Source: an uncultured Chthonomonadaceae bacterium (GTDB lineage: Bacteria; Armatimonadota; Chthonomonadetes; Chthonomonadales; Chthonomonadaceae). From it: DNA of 64,000 nt. The DNA lies in NCBI GenBank assembly GCA_963817895.1, contig CAWFQB010000006.1:96001-160000 (forward strand), read 5' to 3'. Positions 1 to 9,939 of this stretch are shown piece by piece; the stretch's first letter is position 1, and each line of letters starts with the position of its first letter. Under the pieces are notes generated by a model, which made no database searches, was not told the DNA's origin, and worked only from the letters and a program-made list of their open reading frames with translations. A program made the position numbers and the translations under genes.

Positions 1-250
1 GCAAACCGCCCTGTTGCGCTTTGTCGGCATGGCAGGAGTAACAGCGATTGAACAGGAGGGGGCGCACATGCGTCTCAAAAAACTCTGTCTGCTGCGGCGT
101 TACGGCAGGCGTTTGTATGCCGTTCGCAATGGGTTTGGGCGGTTCCGCCGCAATCGTAATCGAACCCGCGCCGAGCAGCGCAAGCCCGCCCGCAAGCAGC
201 CCCAGTGTTTGCTTCCGCGTTGAATATCGAATGTTGCCGTTTTGCTTCAA
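1..250 (-). CDS. Planctomycete-type cytochrome c domain protein (PSCyt1; usually DUF1549/DUF1553 fusion), 5' part only, runs off the window
   Basis: Manual translation (absent from the ORF track): TTG start at 250 behind AGGAG, signal peptide, then FFETHVRPLLFNRCYSCHADKAQQGGL with a CxxCH haem motif. Confidence 0.8.
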   Translation of the reverse strand, partial: MKQNGNIRYSTRKQTLGLLAGGLALLGAGSITIAAEPPKPIANGIQTPAVTPQQTEFFETHVRPLLFNRCYSCHADKAQQGGL

Positions 251-578
251 ATTCCCGTCTCCTGCGTTTCTGAAAAGCGCGTTCCGACTTTGTGGCTGAA
301 TGGCGTGTTGTGAACCAAAGAAAAGCGGTTCGACAGCGAACCGCTTTTATTGTACAATCTTTGCCTGTACTTTGCCTGTAGTTTTTAGTTCGACAGCGCA
401 AAAGGAAATTTGTTGCGCGTTCCGGCAAACGGCGCAGCCGTTCAAAATGCGTCTTGCGCAAATTCCTGATTTCGGTCACAATAGAAGCAGACATAAGCGA
501 TCCCGTCAAGGATAGCCGGGACGCGAACATAACTGAAACACCATTGATTTCAGGACGAGACAAGAAAGCAGCACACCA

Positions 579-1608
579 ATGATGGTACTGATGAACCAGG
601 AAGCCACGCCCGACCAGGTAGAGGATGTCGTGGCGCGTATTGAAGACCACCACTTGCAGGCCCTCCGTCTGCCCGGCGACGAGCATACCGCTATCGGCGT
701 TGCCAGCGCCATTCCGCCCGATGTCCGCGAACCGCTCACGGTTGCCCTTTCCGCTCTGCCCGGCGTGGACCACGTCGTACAGATCAGCCGCCCCTATAAA
801 CTGGCGTCGCGCGAGTTTCACCGCGTGGACACGGTTATCAACATCAAGGGCGTATCAATCGGCGGCAACCGGTGCGTGATTATGGCCGGCCCGTGCAGCG
901 TGGAGAATCGCGACCAGATTTTCGCGTCCGCCCGCGCGGTACAGGCTGCCGGCGCGAAAAGTGCTGCGCGGCGGCGCGTACAAACCCCGCACTTCGCCCT
1001 ACGCCTTTCAGGGTTTGGGCGTGGAGGGCCTGAAACTACTCAAGGAGGTCGGGGATGAACTCGGCATCCTGACGATTACCGAAGTAATGTCGCCCGAAGA
1101 CGTAGAGAAAGTGGCCGCGCATGTAGACATACTGCAAATCGGGGCGCGCAACATGCAGAACTATCCCCTTCTCATCGCGGCGGGGCGTTCCGGGCATCCC
1201 ACCCTGCTCAAGCGCGGGCCAAGCGCGTCCATTGACGAGTTTCTCTTAGCCGCCGAGTACCTGTTGCATCACGGCACGCAGGATGTGATGCTGTGCGAGC
1301 GCGGCGTCCATCCGCTCGACCGCGCGTATACTCGCAACACGCTCGACCTGAACGCGGTTCCCGTGTTGAAGCACATGTCGCACCTGCCCGTAATTGTAGA
1401 CCCGTCGCACGGCGTAGGCGTGTCGCGCTACGTTCCCGCCCTCAGTCGCGCCGCGATTGCAGCGGGAGCCGATGGCCTGATAGTGGAAGTCCATCCCTGC
1501 CCGCAGCAAGCCCTGTCTGACGGCGCGCAATCCCTCACGCCCGAACAGTTCCGCGCCACCATGCAGGAGGTCGAAAAAATCGCGCAGGCCATCGGACGCA
1601 GTTTGTAA
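579..1608 (+). CDS. aroF: DAHP synthase (3-deoxy-7-phosphoheptulonate synthase, type I-beta) with N-terminal regulatory domain; frameshift near 960
   Basis: [34 protein letters not shown] and DPSHG motifs split over ORFs 579-1058 and 961-1608 at an A-run. Confidence 0.93.
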
Positions 1609-1676
1609 ACCGTTCGTCTCAACATCATGCCCCTGCCGCAACATGCGCAGGGGCGTTCCTACATTTGGTACTCGCA

Positions 1677-2078
1677 TCACCGAATGAAGCGAATGGGTAC
1701 TATGCCCAACGGAACAAGCCGGTCGAATTCGTGATGATCGCTTGTCACTATTTCGCCGCCTAGCTTCTGTGCAAGCGCAATTCCAAAACAATCTGCAAGG
1801 GAAATACTTCCACGGGCTTTCAGCCCACCTACACGTCTCCAAAACTCCCGGCTCATGTCTCGACGCTCAACCACACCATCATCGTACAGGCTCTGAATAG
1901 TACGGCGAGCCGTGCGTTCGTCTGTCGCTCTTAGCGAGTCATAGTAGACTTCACACAAGTTGATGGAGTGAGCGTAGCAAGTTGCATTTGCGTCTCTAAG
2001 CATAGATCTAACTATATCCTCACCCGGCTCACCTGTGAGGTAGGCTACCATTGCGGAAGCATCCAAAAACATGGACAT
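1677..2078 (-). CDS. vapC: PIN-domain toxin, VapC family
   Basis: 133 aa with FLDASA, N-x-x-E, SLADCF and TSD(HH)EF PIN motifs. Confidence 0.9.
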   Translation of the reverse strand: MSMFLDASAMVAYLTGEPGEDIVRSMLRDANATCYAHSINLCEVYYDSLRATDERTARRTIQSLYDDGVVERRDMSREFWRRVGGLKARGSISLADCFGIALAQKLGGEIVTSDHHEFDRLVPLGIVPIRFIR

Positions 2079-2184
2079 TCATTTTATTGGCTCATCTTCC
2101 TTAATCGTTTCTTCGTGTTTGCGACGCAGATATTCTTCGCTGCTCAACTTGCCAGCGAGCATACCTCGTCCCTTCAGTTGTTTA

Positions 2185-3319
2185 TGGACTAATCAGTTAA
2201 ACATGGTACATAGCACTGGAAAGTTGTGCTGTTCCAGAAGCGAGCAAGGAAATTCTGCTGTCTTCAAGTAGGTTTCGAACTCTTCGGCTAAAACGGCAAG
2301 CGTCGCACATTGATGATTGTGTCCGACCGCTTCTCGCGCGGCTTTCCAGACATGTTCCTGCGGGTTCAACTCCGGGCAACCCGGCGGAAACCACAGGACT
2401 TCCAAGCGCGGGTTGGCTTCCAGAACCGCCTGACCGCTTCGCCTTTGTGCCAGGGAGCGCGATCCCATAAGAGCAGCAAGAGGCAAGTTCGGGTAGGCGT
2501 CGAGCAAGGTTTGCAAGAACAAGGCCGATACCTCGCTGTTCATCAAGGCGGAGCGCAGCAGGGTTTCCTTGCCGGTTGCCAGGTTGAGCGCTCCATAGAA
2601 GTGCGTGTTGTCCCGACTGGCGCTCACGCGCACAACCGGCGTGTGGCCTTTCTTGGCCCACACGCGCATCAAGGTGGCTTGCAAGTACGCGCTGGCTTCG
2701 TCGCCCGCCAGTAAGATCGTGTTGGGCGCGTTTAACGCCACATCGAGGATTTTTTTTCCAGTTGTTCCTCGAACTCCATGAGCTTGAGTCGCATTATGGC
2801 TCTTATACTGCTTGTCAGGACGCTGGTAACTCATTTCGCACTTGGCAAGCAGGGTGCGTAAGGAAGTCTGGCTCTGGTATACAACGTCTGGTAGTCGCGG
2901 GCTAAAAGCGGTGCCAAGTCGGGGACACTCCAGAACTGCCCGTCCCCCTGGCATTTTTCCTTGCCTAACAACTGAGTGGGCGTGTAGCGATGCAACTGGT
3001 TCTGCAAGGCTTCGAGTTGTTCGCCCGAAAGACGGGCGCGGTTGCCGCCTCGTCGGGCATCTACGAGCGCAGTCAGACCGTGTTCTTGATAGGCGCGTGT
3101 CCAGCAGAATCAGGCGGGTACGGCTACAGCCACAGATGTCTTGGATTTCGGCGACAGAGTAGCCCAAGCCATACAGACGAACAGCTTGGTAGCGGATTTT
3201 GGTGTTAGCATCCTTGCAATGCAGGTATGCCGCGTTCAAGCGCATTGGCGTCGGCTTCATTGAGGTGAAAAGTTCGTTGGCTCATACCTCAGTGTACCAT
3301 GTTTAACTGATTTGTCCAT
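2185..3319 (-). mobile_element. IS630-family insertion sequence
   Basis: About 26 bp terminal inverted repeats TGGAC(T/A)AATCAGTTAAACATGGTACA, TA duplication at 2183-2184 and 3320-3321, and a DDE_3-type transposase. Confidence 0.92.
2193..3285 (-). CDS. IS630 transposase (several apparent frameshifts)
   Basis: GDEA, FYGALN and PPGCPELNPQEHVW motifs; A8 run at about 2750 resembles the programmed frameshift site. Confidence 0.88.
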
Positions 3320-3796
3320 TAGTTTGTTTTTGTTGCGTCGGAGCTACTCCATTTTGCGCAGGCAGTATTAAGTCAGGGTTGATGTACACGCGCAAGCGTT
3401 GCCCGGACAGTTCCGCCTCGTGCTGCTTGATCTCTTCCCATGTGCCTTCGAGCATCTGTGGCAATGCCATATCACGCCTCCTATTTCCAAGCGAATTCTC
3501 TGCTGCATTATAGCATGAGAATGTTTTCCACACAAAGGAGGAATCTCCTGCGTCCGCGTGGAAGGTAGTCGCCGATTGTTCGCCTGTCGGCGTAGACAGA
3601 ATGGCGTGTCCGTGCTATAATCTTCGTGATTACCTGCGCCTACGCCGTCCGGCGGTCATCGCGTCTGCGTTTCGACTCAAACTGTCTCATTGTGACTGTT
3701 ACTTCAGATTTCCAACCCATCCTCGCGAACACCGCTGAGGATGGTTCTTCCTGTAACACTACCTACTGCATCTGCTTTGCAAAAGGAGGCGCTTCG

Positions 3797-5218
3797 GTGC
3801 GTAAAATGAATGGCATTGTGGCCGCATCACTGCTCGGACTGACGGCACTGAGCGGACTGACCCTCGCCGGATGTGGCGGAAACACCAACAACGATACCTC
3901 TACCACAACTCCCACACCTACGGGAACACCCGGCAAAACAGCCACCGCGCCAACCGGAAGTGGCGGCAAACTGACTATCGCGTGGGCGCAGTGGAAACCC
4001 TCGGACTATCTGGAAACCCTGAGCCAGGACTACACCAAAGAAACCGGCACAACCGTAGACGTGAAACAGATTCCCTGGCCGGACTTCCAGAACAAAATTC
4101 AGACGGAAGTGTGGAGCGGAAAAAGCGACGCCTACGACCTGATTGTCGGCGACAGCCAGTGGCTCGGACGGGGCGCAACCGAAAAGCACTATACCGATCT
4201 GTCGGATTGGGCCAAAACCAACGTGCCGTGGGCTGAAATCTCCCCCTCCGCCAAACAGTTCTACTGCGATTACGAGGGCAAAACATACGCCGTGCCGTGT
4301 GAAGCGGACGCCATCGGGTTCGCGTACCGCAAAGACCTGTTTGAGGACGCCAAAAACAAAACCGACTTTCAGGCCAAATACAAGCATGAACTCGCGCCCC
4401 CGAAAACATGGGCGGAACTGCGCGATGTGGCCGAATTCTTCACGCGCATGGACCCGACAACCGGCAAGCAGATGTACGGCCTGGCCCCCTTTTATGCGGG
4501 CGGCGGCGGCTATGACGGCATTACGATGGGATTTGATGAGGTGCTGTGGTGCTACGGCGGCGACTTGAACGACGGCAAAGGCAAAGTGGACGGCGTGTTG
4601 AACTCCTCCACTGCCGTAGACGCGCTGAAATTCTATACGCAGGAACTGAAGAAGTTCACCCCGCCCGGTTCCGAGAAGTTCTACTTCAACGAGACGCTGC
4701 AAGCCTTCAAAGCCGGACAGGTCGCGATGGCCGAAGACTGGTACACCTTCTTTCCCGGCCTGACCAATGAAGAAGAGAATACCCTTGCCAAAAAAACCGG
4801 ATTCTTCGTATCTCCCGGCGGTCCGAACAACAAGCATTTCATCAGCCTGGGCGGTCAGGGTCTGTCCGTGTCCGCGTACTCCAAAAATCAGGACGAGGCC
4901 AAAAAGTTTCTCGCCTGGTTCAGCAAAAAAGAGACGCAGCAGAAATGGGCCAAACTGGGCGGTTTGACCAGCAACATCGAAGTGCTGAAAACGCCCGAAT
5001 TCCAGCAGGCCGCGCCCTTCAACACGGCCTTTGCCGACAGCGTTCCGTACCTGAAGGACTTCTACAACAATCCCAAATACGCGGAACTGCTCAACGAAAC
5101 CCAGACGCACTGGAACTCTGTTGTCACGGGCGGCGAAACCCCGCAAGTGGCTATGGACGCCATCGTCAAAAAGCATACCGAGACGCTGAAAAGCCTCTCG
5201 ACCGCAGCAACGCAGTAA
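3797..5218 (+). CDS. Sugar ABC transporter substrate-binding lipoprotein
   Basis: GTG start behind AGGAGG, LAGC lipobox, SBP_bac_1-like sequence, first gene of the ABC operon. Confidence 0.9.
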   Translation: MRKMNGIVAASLLGLTALSGLTLAGCGGNTNNDTSTTTPTPTGTPGKTATAPTGSGGKLTIAWAQWKPSDYLETLSQDYTKETGTTVDVKQIPWPDFQNKIQTEVWSGKSDAYDLIVGDSQWLGRGATEKHYTDLSDWAKTNVPWAEISPSAKQFYCDYEGKTYAVPCEADAIGFAYRKDLFEDAKNKTDFQAKYKHELAPPKTWAELRDVAEFFTRMDPTTGKQMYGLAPFYAGGGGYDGITMGFDEVLWCYGGDLNDGKGKVDGVLNSSTAVDALKFYTQELKKFTPPGSEKFYFNETLQAFKAGQVAMAEDWYTFFPGLTNEEENTLAKKTGFFVSPGGPNNKHFISLGGQGLSVSAYSKNQDEAKKFLAWFSKKETQQKWAKLGGLTSNIEVLKTPEFQQAAPFNTAFADSVPYLKDFYNNPKYAELLNETQTHWNSVVTGGETPQVAMDAIVKKHTETLKSLSTAATQ

Positions 5219-5299
5219 GGAAATGATGAATATTGAGTGATGAATGATGAACGAAGACGCTGTTCTTTACTCATCACTCATCACTTTTAAGGAATTAGC

Positions 5300-6343
5300 T
5301 TGGATACACCCCTCCAACGAACGCAACTGCAAACCAAGACCCCGAAACGCGGCCTCTCAGATCGCAGCGTGGCGAACCTGTTTTTGATGCCCACCGTCCT
5401 CCTGCTAATTGCGATGAACGTTTTCCCTCTGTTCTGGTCGTTGATTCTGTCGTTTTGCAACTATACCGACACGGCGAGCAAGCCCGCGCAATGGGTAGGG
5501 GGAACGAACTACACGCGCCTGCTTACGGACAGGGACATCTGGAACAACTTCATTGTCACAGCGCGGTTTACCCTGTTCGCGGTCGGAGCGCAATTGCTTG
5601 TCGGCTTCGGCATGGCGCTATTGCTCAACCGAACCTTCAAAGCCAAAGGCATCCTCACCACGCTGATTCTGCTGCCCATGATGCTGTCGCCGGTTATTGT
5701 CGGCAAGTTCTGGTACTACCTGCTGGACGCCAATTTCGGGGTCGTGAACTGGCTGCTGCAACTGCTGCATCTGCAAAACCCGGCCAATCCCCTTGTGTGG
5801 ACAACCAGTTCCGACAACGCCATCTGGTCATTAGTTCTCGTGGATACGTGGATGTGGTCGCCGTTTGTGATGCTGATTTCCCTCGCGGGTTTGAACGCGG
5901 TTCCGCCCCATTTATACGAAGCGGCGGAAGTGGATCGCGCGTCCACATGGTTCAAATTCCGCTACATCACGATTCCAATGGTCGCGCCGATTGTCATGAT
6001 CGCCCTGCTGTTCCGCACCATTGACTGCTTCAAGATATTCGATCTCGTCTACGCGCTCACGGGCGGCGGGCCGGGCAACATGACCAAAACCGTCTCGTTC
6101 AGCCTGTACCAGAAAGCGTTCGACTATCACTACACAGGCATCTCCTGCGCCCTCGCGTATATCATTCTGCTCATCATCATCGGACTGGCGAACCTGTTCA
6201 TCAAGTACATGGCGAAGGTCGAGGCGAAAACATTCCCGATGCGAGTGGCCTGTTCACCTATTATGCTGACCGCGCGCGCGAAAAAAATCTACCGTATCTG
6301 GCAAAACTGCTGGAACAGCCTGCTTACATACTCGGCGCGCTAA
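5300..6343 (+). CDS. Sugar ABC transporter permease (C-terminus probably frameshifted near 6230)
   Basis: Multiple TM helices and EAA loop LYEAAEVDRAS. Confidence 0.88.
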   Translation: MDTPLQRTQLQTKTPKRGLSDRSVANLFLMPTVLLLIAMNVFPLFWSLILSFCNYTDTASKPAQWVGGTNYTRLLTDRDIWNNFIVTARFTLFAVGAQLLVGFGMALLLNRTFKAKGILTTLILLPMMLSPVIVGKFWYYLLDANFGVVNWLLQLLHLQNPANPLVWTTSSDNAIWSLVLVDTWMWSPFVMLISLAGLNAVPPHLYEAAEVDRASTWFKFRYITIPMVAPIVMIALLFRTIDCFKIFDLVYALTGGGPGNMTKTVSFSLYQKAFDYHYTGISCALAYIILLIIIGLANLFIKYMAKVEAKTFPMRVACSPIMLTARAKKIYRIWQNCWNSLLTYSAR

Positions 6344-6345
6344 TC

Positions 6346-7365
6346 GTGTTGTTATTGCTGCCGCAGTCCATTCTTATCGCGCATTGGATTCGTGAACACA
6401 TTTTGCCCATTATCGGCGCGGGTGTTGCAGTCGTGGTTATATGGAATATGACGCGACTGCCGCAGGGAATCCGAACCGGGTTAGCCTATTGCGCGATTGG
6501 CGTGGCGACCGTAGCCTATCTGCTGCCGATTTATATGATCTTCGTGACGAGCCTGAAACCGCCCACGCAGATATTCACCGCGCCGCCCAAACTGATTCCT
6601 GCGCATATCTACGTTCGAGGTGAACAGCCCTCCTCCGACACGCGATTCGGCGTCACTCTGCGCAATTATGACGCGCTGATTTACAAGCATCAAAGCAACG
6701 ACAGTACCAAAGCCGTCATCGGCTACAAGGATTTCCCCACACAGATTCGCAACAGCCTGTTCGTTGGTATTGTCAGTACCCTTCTGGCTGTTGCGCTCGG
6801 CACGATGTCGGCGTATGCGTTTGCGAGATTTCGCGTCAAGGGCAAGGGCGACCTGCTGTTTTTCGTTCTCAGTACCCGTATGCTGCCCGCGATAGCCGTC
6901 GTGATTCCCATTTTCCTGATGTTCAAAACCATTGGGTTGTTCAACACGCTTCCGGGCTTGATTATCCTGTATACTGTGTTCAATCTATCGTTCTCAACGT
7001 ACCTGCTGAAAGGCTTTTTCGACGACATTCCGCACGAATACGACGACGCGGCCCTGCTCGACGGCTATTCCCGGCTGCGAACATTCTGGAAAATATCCCT
7101 CCCGCAGGCTCTCACCGGCATCGCGGTCACAGCCGTCTTCTGCTTTATTACAGCCTGGAACGAGTTCGCGTTCGCGCAGGTGCTATCGGGCGTCCCGTCT
7201 CTCACCGCCCCGCCCTCCATCATCGGCCTGACCGGTCCCGGCGGGCTGGACTACGGCCAAATTGCAGCGGGCGCAATGCTTTTCCTGATACCCGTCACCC
7301 TGTTCACCTTCCTCATGCGCAAGCACCTGCTGCGCGGCGTCACTTTTGGAGCAATCAAGAAGTAG
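6346..7365 (+). CDS. Sugar ABC transporter permease (start uncertain)
   Basis: TM helices, YDDAALLDG EAA loop, AWNEF motif. Confidence 0.88.
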   Translation: MLLLLPQSILIAHWIREHILPIIGAGVAVVVIWNMTRLPQGIRTGLAYCAIGVATVAYLLPIYMIFVTSLKPPTQIFTAPPKLIPAHIYVRGEQPSSDTRFGVTLRNYDALIYKHQSNDSTKAVIGYKDFPTQIRNSLFVGIVSTLLAVALGTMSAYAFARFRVKGKGDLLFFVLSTRMLPAIAVVIPIFLMFKTIGLFNTLPGLIILYTVFNLSFSTYLLKGFFDDIPHEYDDAALLDGYSRLRTFWKISLPQALTGIAVTAVFCFITAWNEFAFAQVLSGVPSLTAPPSIIGLTGPGGLDYGQIAAGAMLFLIPVTLFTFLMRKHLLRGVTFGAIKK

Positions 7366-7465
7366 GTTGTTAGGTTGTTAGGTTGTTAGGTCATTAGGTT
7401 TAGGAATCTGCTCTTCCTCGACCTTAACCTAACAACCTAACAACCTAACAACCTAACAACCTAAC
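7363..7465. repeat. Inverted arrays of the 8-mer tandem repeat (TAGGTTGT)n / (ACAACCTA)n
   Basis: Read directly; the two arrays can fold into one hairpin. Confidence 0.85.
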
Positions 7466-7467
7466 CC

Positions 7468-8556
7468 ATGGCTACCGTACATGTTCGTAATTTACTGAAA
7501 AAATTCGACCAGAATATCGCTATCAACAACACATCGCTGGACATTGACGATGGCATGTTCATGGTCTTCCTCGGGCCTTCGGGCTGCGGCAAAACCACCA
7601 CTCTGCGCTGCATCGCGGGGCTTGAAATCCCCGACGGCGGGCAGATTCTCATTGATGGCGAGGATGTTACCAAACTGCCGCCTTCGCAGCGCGACATTGC
7701 GATGGTGTTTCAGCAGTATGCCATTTATCCGCACATGACCGTTGCGGAAAATCTGGCGTTTCCGCTCAAAGCCGTAAAAACACCCCCCAACATCATTGCG
7801 GAACGGGTTCAGGAAGCGGCTAAAACGCTGCACATCGAACGGCTGCTCAGTCGCAAACCCGGTAAACTATCGGGCGGCGAAATGCAGCGCGTCGCCATTG
7901 GACGCGCCATTGTGCGCCGTCCCAAAGTGTTCCTGATGGACGAGCCGCTTTCCAACCTCGACGCGAAACTGCGTACGGAGATGCGGGCGGAAATCAAGCG
8001 GCTGCAAACCGATCTGAACGCCACAACTATCTATGTCACGCACGATCAGTTGGAAGCCCTGAGCATGGCAGACAAAATCGCCATTATGTACGGCGGTTTT
8101 TTGCAGCAGGTAGGCTCGCCCTCCGATGTGTACGACCGTCCCGCCAACCTGTTTGTCGCCGGATTCATCGGTTCGCCCGCCATGAACTTAGTGCCGTGTC
8201 AGATCGCCCCGGACCGCAGCGCGTTGCTATTGGATGGCGACATAACCCTGCCCATTCAGGACGGCGCGAAAGCCCGCTTCGCCAACGCGCCCACAGGCAA
8301 GCCGCTGATCTTAGGCGTTCGTCCCGAAGACATTGCCCTCCGCCGCGATGCGCAATCCGAATTCACGCCGAGCGAAGTGTACGTCGTCGAACCGCTCGGC
8401 TCGGAAAACATCATTGACGCCCGCCTTGCCGGCAACATTTTCAAAATACGGATGCCCCCCACCTTCATGTCGCGCATCGGGGAAATCCTGCACATGCGTA
8501 TAGACCACAGCCGCGCCCACCTGTTCGATCAGGAGACGACGATGGCGCTCACGTAG
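7468..8556 (+). CDS. Sugar ABC transporter ATP-binding protein (MalK/UgpC type)
   Basis: GPSGCGKT, LSGGEMQR and DEPLSNLD motifs, TOBE-like C-terminus. Confidence 0.95.
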   Translation: MATVHVRNLLKKFDQNIAINNTSLDIDDGMFMVFLGPSGCGKTTTLRCIAGLEIPDGGQILIDGEDVTKLPPSQRDIAMVFQQYAIYPHMTVAENLAFPLKAVKTPPNIIAERVQEAAKTLHIERLLSRKPGKLSGGEMQRVAIGRAIVRRPKVFLMDEPLSNLDAKLRTEMRAEIKRLQTDLNATTIYVTHDQLEALSMADKIAIMYGGFLQQVGSPSDVYDRPANLFVAGFIGSPAMNLVPCQIAPDRSALLLDGDITLPIQDGAKARFANAPTGKPLILGVRPEDIALRRDAQSEFTPSEVYVVEPLGSENIIDARLAGNIFKIRMPPTFMSRIGEILHMRIDHSRAHLFDQETTMALT

Positions 8557-8642
8557 GGAGTAGGGAGTAGGGAGTAGGGAGTAGGAAAGCATTGTTCAAC
8601 TCGTGCATTGGCCTACTCCCTACAACCTACTCCCTACTCCCT
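8553..8642. repeat. Inverted arrays of the 7-mer tandem repeat (GTAGGGA)n / (CCTACTC)n
   Basis: Read directly; same unit recurs at 19727-19791. Confidence 0.85.
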
Positions 8643-8653
8643 GGAGAGTTCTC

Positions 8654-8914
8654 ATGCTTTCAGGACGTTTTGCTCAGGCGATGGAGATGCTTGCCATCAG
8701 CCTGATTGTGCTGGGGATTGTCGCGCTGTGCCAGAGCGCGTGGTTCGGGCTGTACTCGCAGGGGTTCAAAATCCTCGTGGCGGGCTGGCTCGGCATGAAC
8801 ATCTGGTCGCACCGCCGCGCCGTTCGTCCGAAAGTGGAACAGGGCAACCCGCAAATTACCATTGACGGTCACGCGCCTCTGGAAGTGACGTATACACCCG
8901 TTCGGGAGAGATAA
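8654..8914 (+). CDS. Small two-TM membrane protein at the end of the ABC operon
   Basis: ATG behind GGAGAG, two hydrophobic segments. Confidence 0.65.
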   Translation: MLSGRFAQAMEMLAISLIVLGIVALCQSAWFGLYSQGFKILVAGWLGMNIWSHRRAVRPKVEQGNPQITIDGHAPLEVTYTPVRER

Positions 8915-8922
8915 ACCTCTTC

Positions 8923-9114
8923 TTCACTACCAGACACCTTTTTGCCAGGGGTTGAAAACCCCTGTCTTTATGGCCTGCGGCGTAGGGACATAACTTGTTA
9001 TGTCCTCTTACGCACGCAGGAATCGGTAAACAACGGATTGCGTCCGAAGGGCGCTTGGCGGAACGCCACTCAGACGGGTATTTTCAATGCCCGGCAAAAA
9101 TGTTTGATAATGAA
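8923..9114. mobile_element. MITE-like palindromic element, copy 1
   Basis: Degenerate TIR TTCACTACCAGACA / TGTTTGATAATGAA, flanks ACCTCTTC / ACCTCTTT, core shared with 44903-45079. Confidence 0.75.
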
Positions 9115-9129
9115 ACCTCTTTACAAACC

Positions 9130-9939
9130 CTATCTGGCAGCAATCTCATCCACCTGAACAATACGATCCATCGCCTGATAGGTATCATCGGACAGGCGTT
9201 CGCGGCGTTCTGTCGGGTTGGACGCAGGAGTTGGCGCATACGGCGTCAGCGTCCGAAAGGCGAGGACGCGATAGCCGACCGCGCCGGGATTACGCACATA
9301 CGCGCGTCCCGATGAGAATGCGCCCCGATACGCTACCCGCGTCAGGCGGGCGGGCGTACTCGTAGATAGTATCTGCGTCGTTACCTGTACCTGCTGTGGC
9401 ACGGCTTCTGCGCCGTACAGACGGATTTCCAGCCGTTCCCCCTGCGTTTTCGCCTGTATCCGTAGCGGCCACGGGTAGGGGTTACGAAAGCGCAGGTCTA
9501 TGCTGCGTTGCGCGACTGCCGCGTCCTGACCGGGCGGAACGTAGTGCGGCGCGAATACATGCGGATGCCGTTCTACAATCGGCAAACCGGCAAGCAGCGC
9601 GACGTTGTACAGCGTGGTAGAGGTCTGACATACCCCGCCGCCATACGCCTTAATGAGTTCCCCGTCGAAACTCACCGGCGCTTTCACAAACCCCTGATCG
9701 GCAGACCACGATTTCACGGCTGCGTTAAACGAGAAAACCGCATTGGGCGCGATGATTTTGCCGTTCAGCGCGTCCGCCGCCTTTTGCGCGTTGTGCCGCT
9801 GGCTATTGGTACGCCCCTTCAAACTGGTTGCGTACCCTGCCATTTCCACCTCCTGCGGCATCGGCGTCGCGCCCATTCCCCAAAACACGCCCCCACCTAC
9901 CCCAAGCAGCAAGACAATGGCGACCGCTTCTTTCTTCAT
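9130..9939 (-). CDS. VanW family protein
   Basis: FSFN, GGGVCQTSTTLYNVAL, ERHPH, PPGQDAAV and DLRFRNP motifs; ATG at 9939. Confidence 0.9.
   Translation of the reverse strand: MKKEAVAIVLLLGVGGGVFWGMGATPMPQEVEMAGYATSLKGRTNSQRHNAQKAADALNGKIIAPNAVFSFNAAVKSWSADQGFVKAPVSFDGELIKAYGGGVCQTSTTLYNVALLAGLPIVERHPHVFAPHYVPPGQDAAVAQRSIDLRFRNPYPWPLRIQAKTQGERLEIRLYGAEAVPQQVQVTTQILSTSTPARLTRVAYRGAFSSGRAYVRNPGAVGYRVLAFRTLTPYAPTPASNPTERRERLSDDTYQAMDRIVQVDEIAAR

Larger units (their letters stand above)
2079..3470 (-). pseudogene. Putative antitoxin (VapB-like, 84 aa when rejoined) interrupted by IS630
   Basis: ATG at 3470 with AGGAGG. Removing 2185-3319 plus one TA restores the frame MALPQMLEG...KQTKQLKGRGMLAGKLSSEEYLRRKHEE...EPIK*, with its stop adjoining the vapC start. 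Confidence 0.8.

Noticed and set aside
3827..5176. Long antisense ORFs (for example 449 aa here and 393 aa at 40635-41816)
   Set aside because: Shadows of GC-rich genes on the opposite strand
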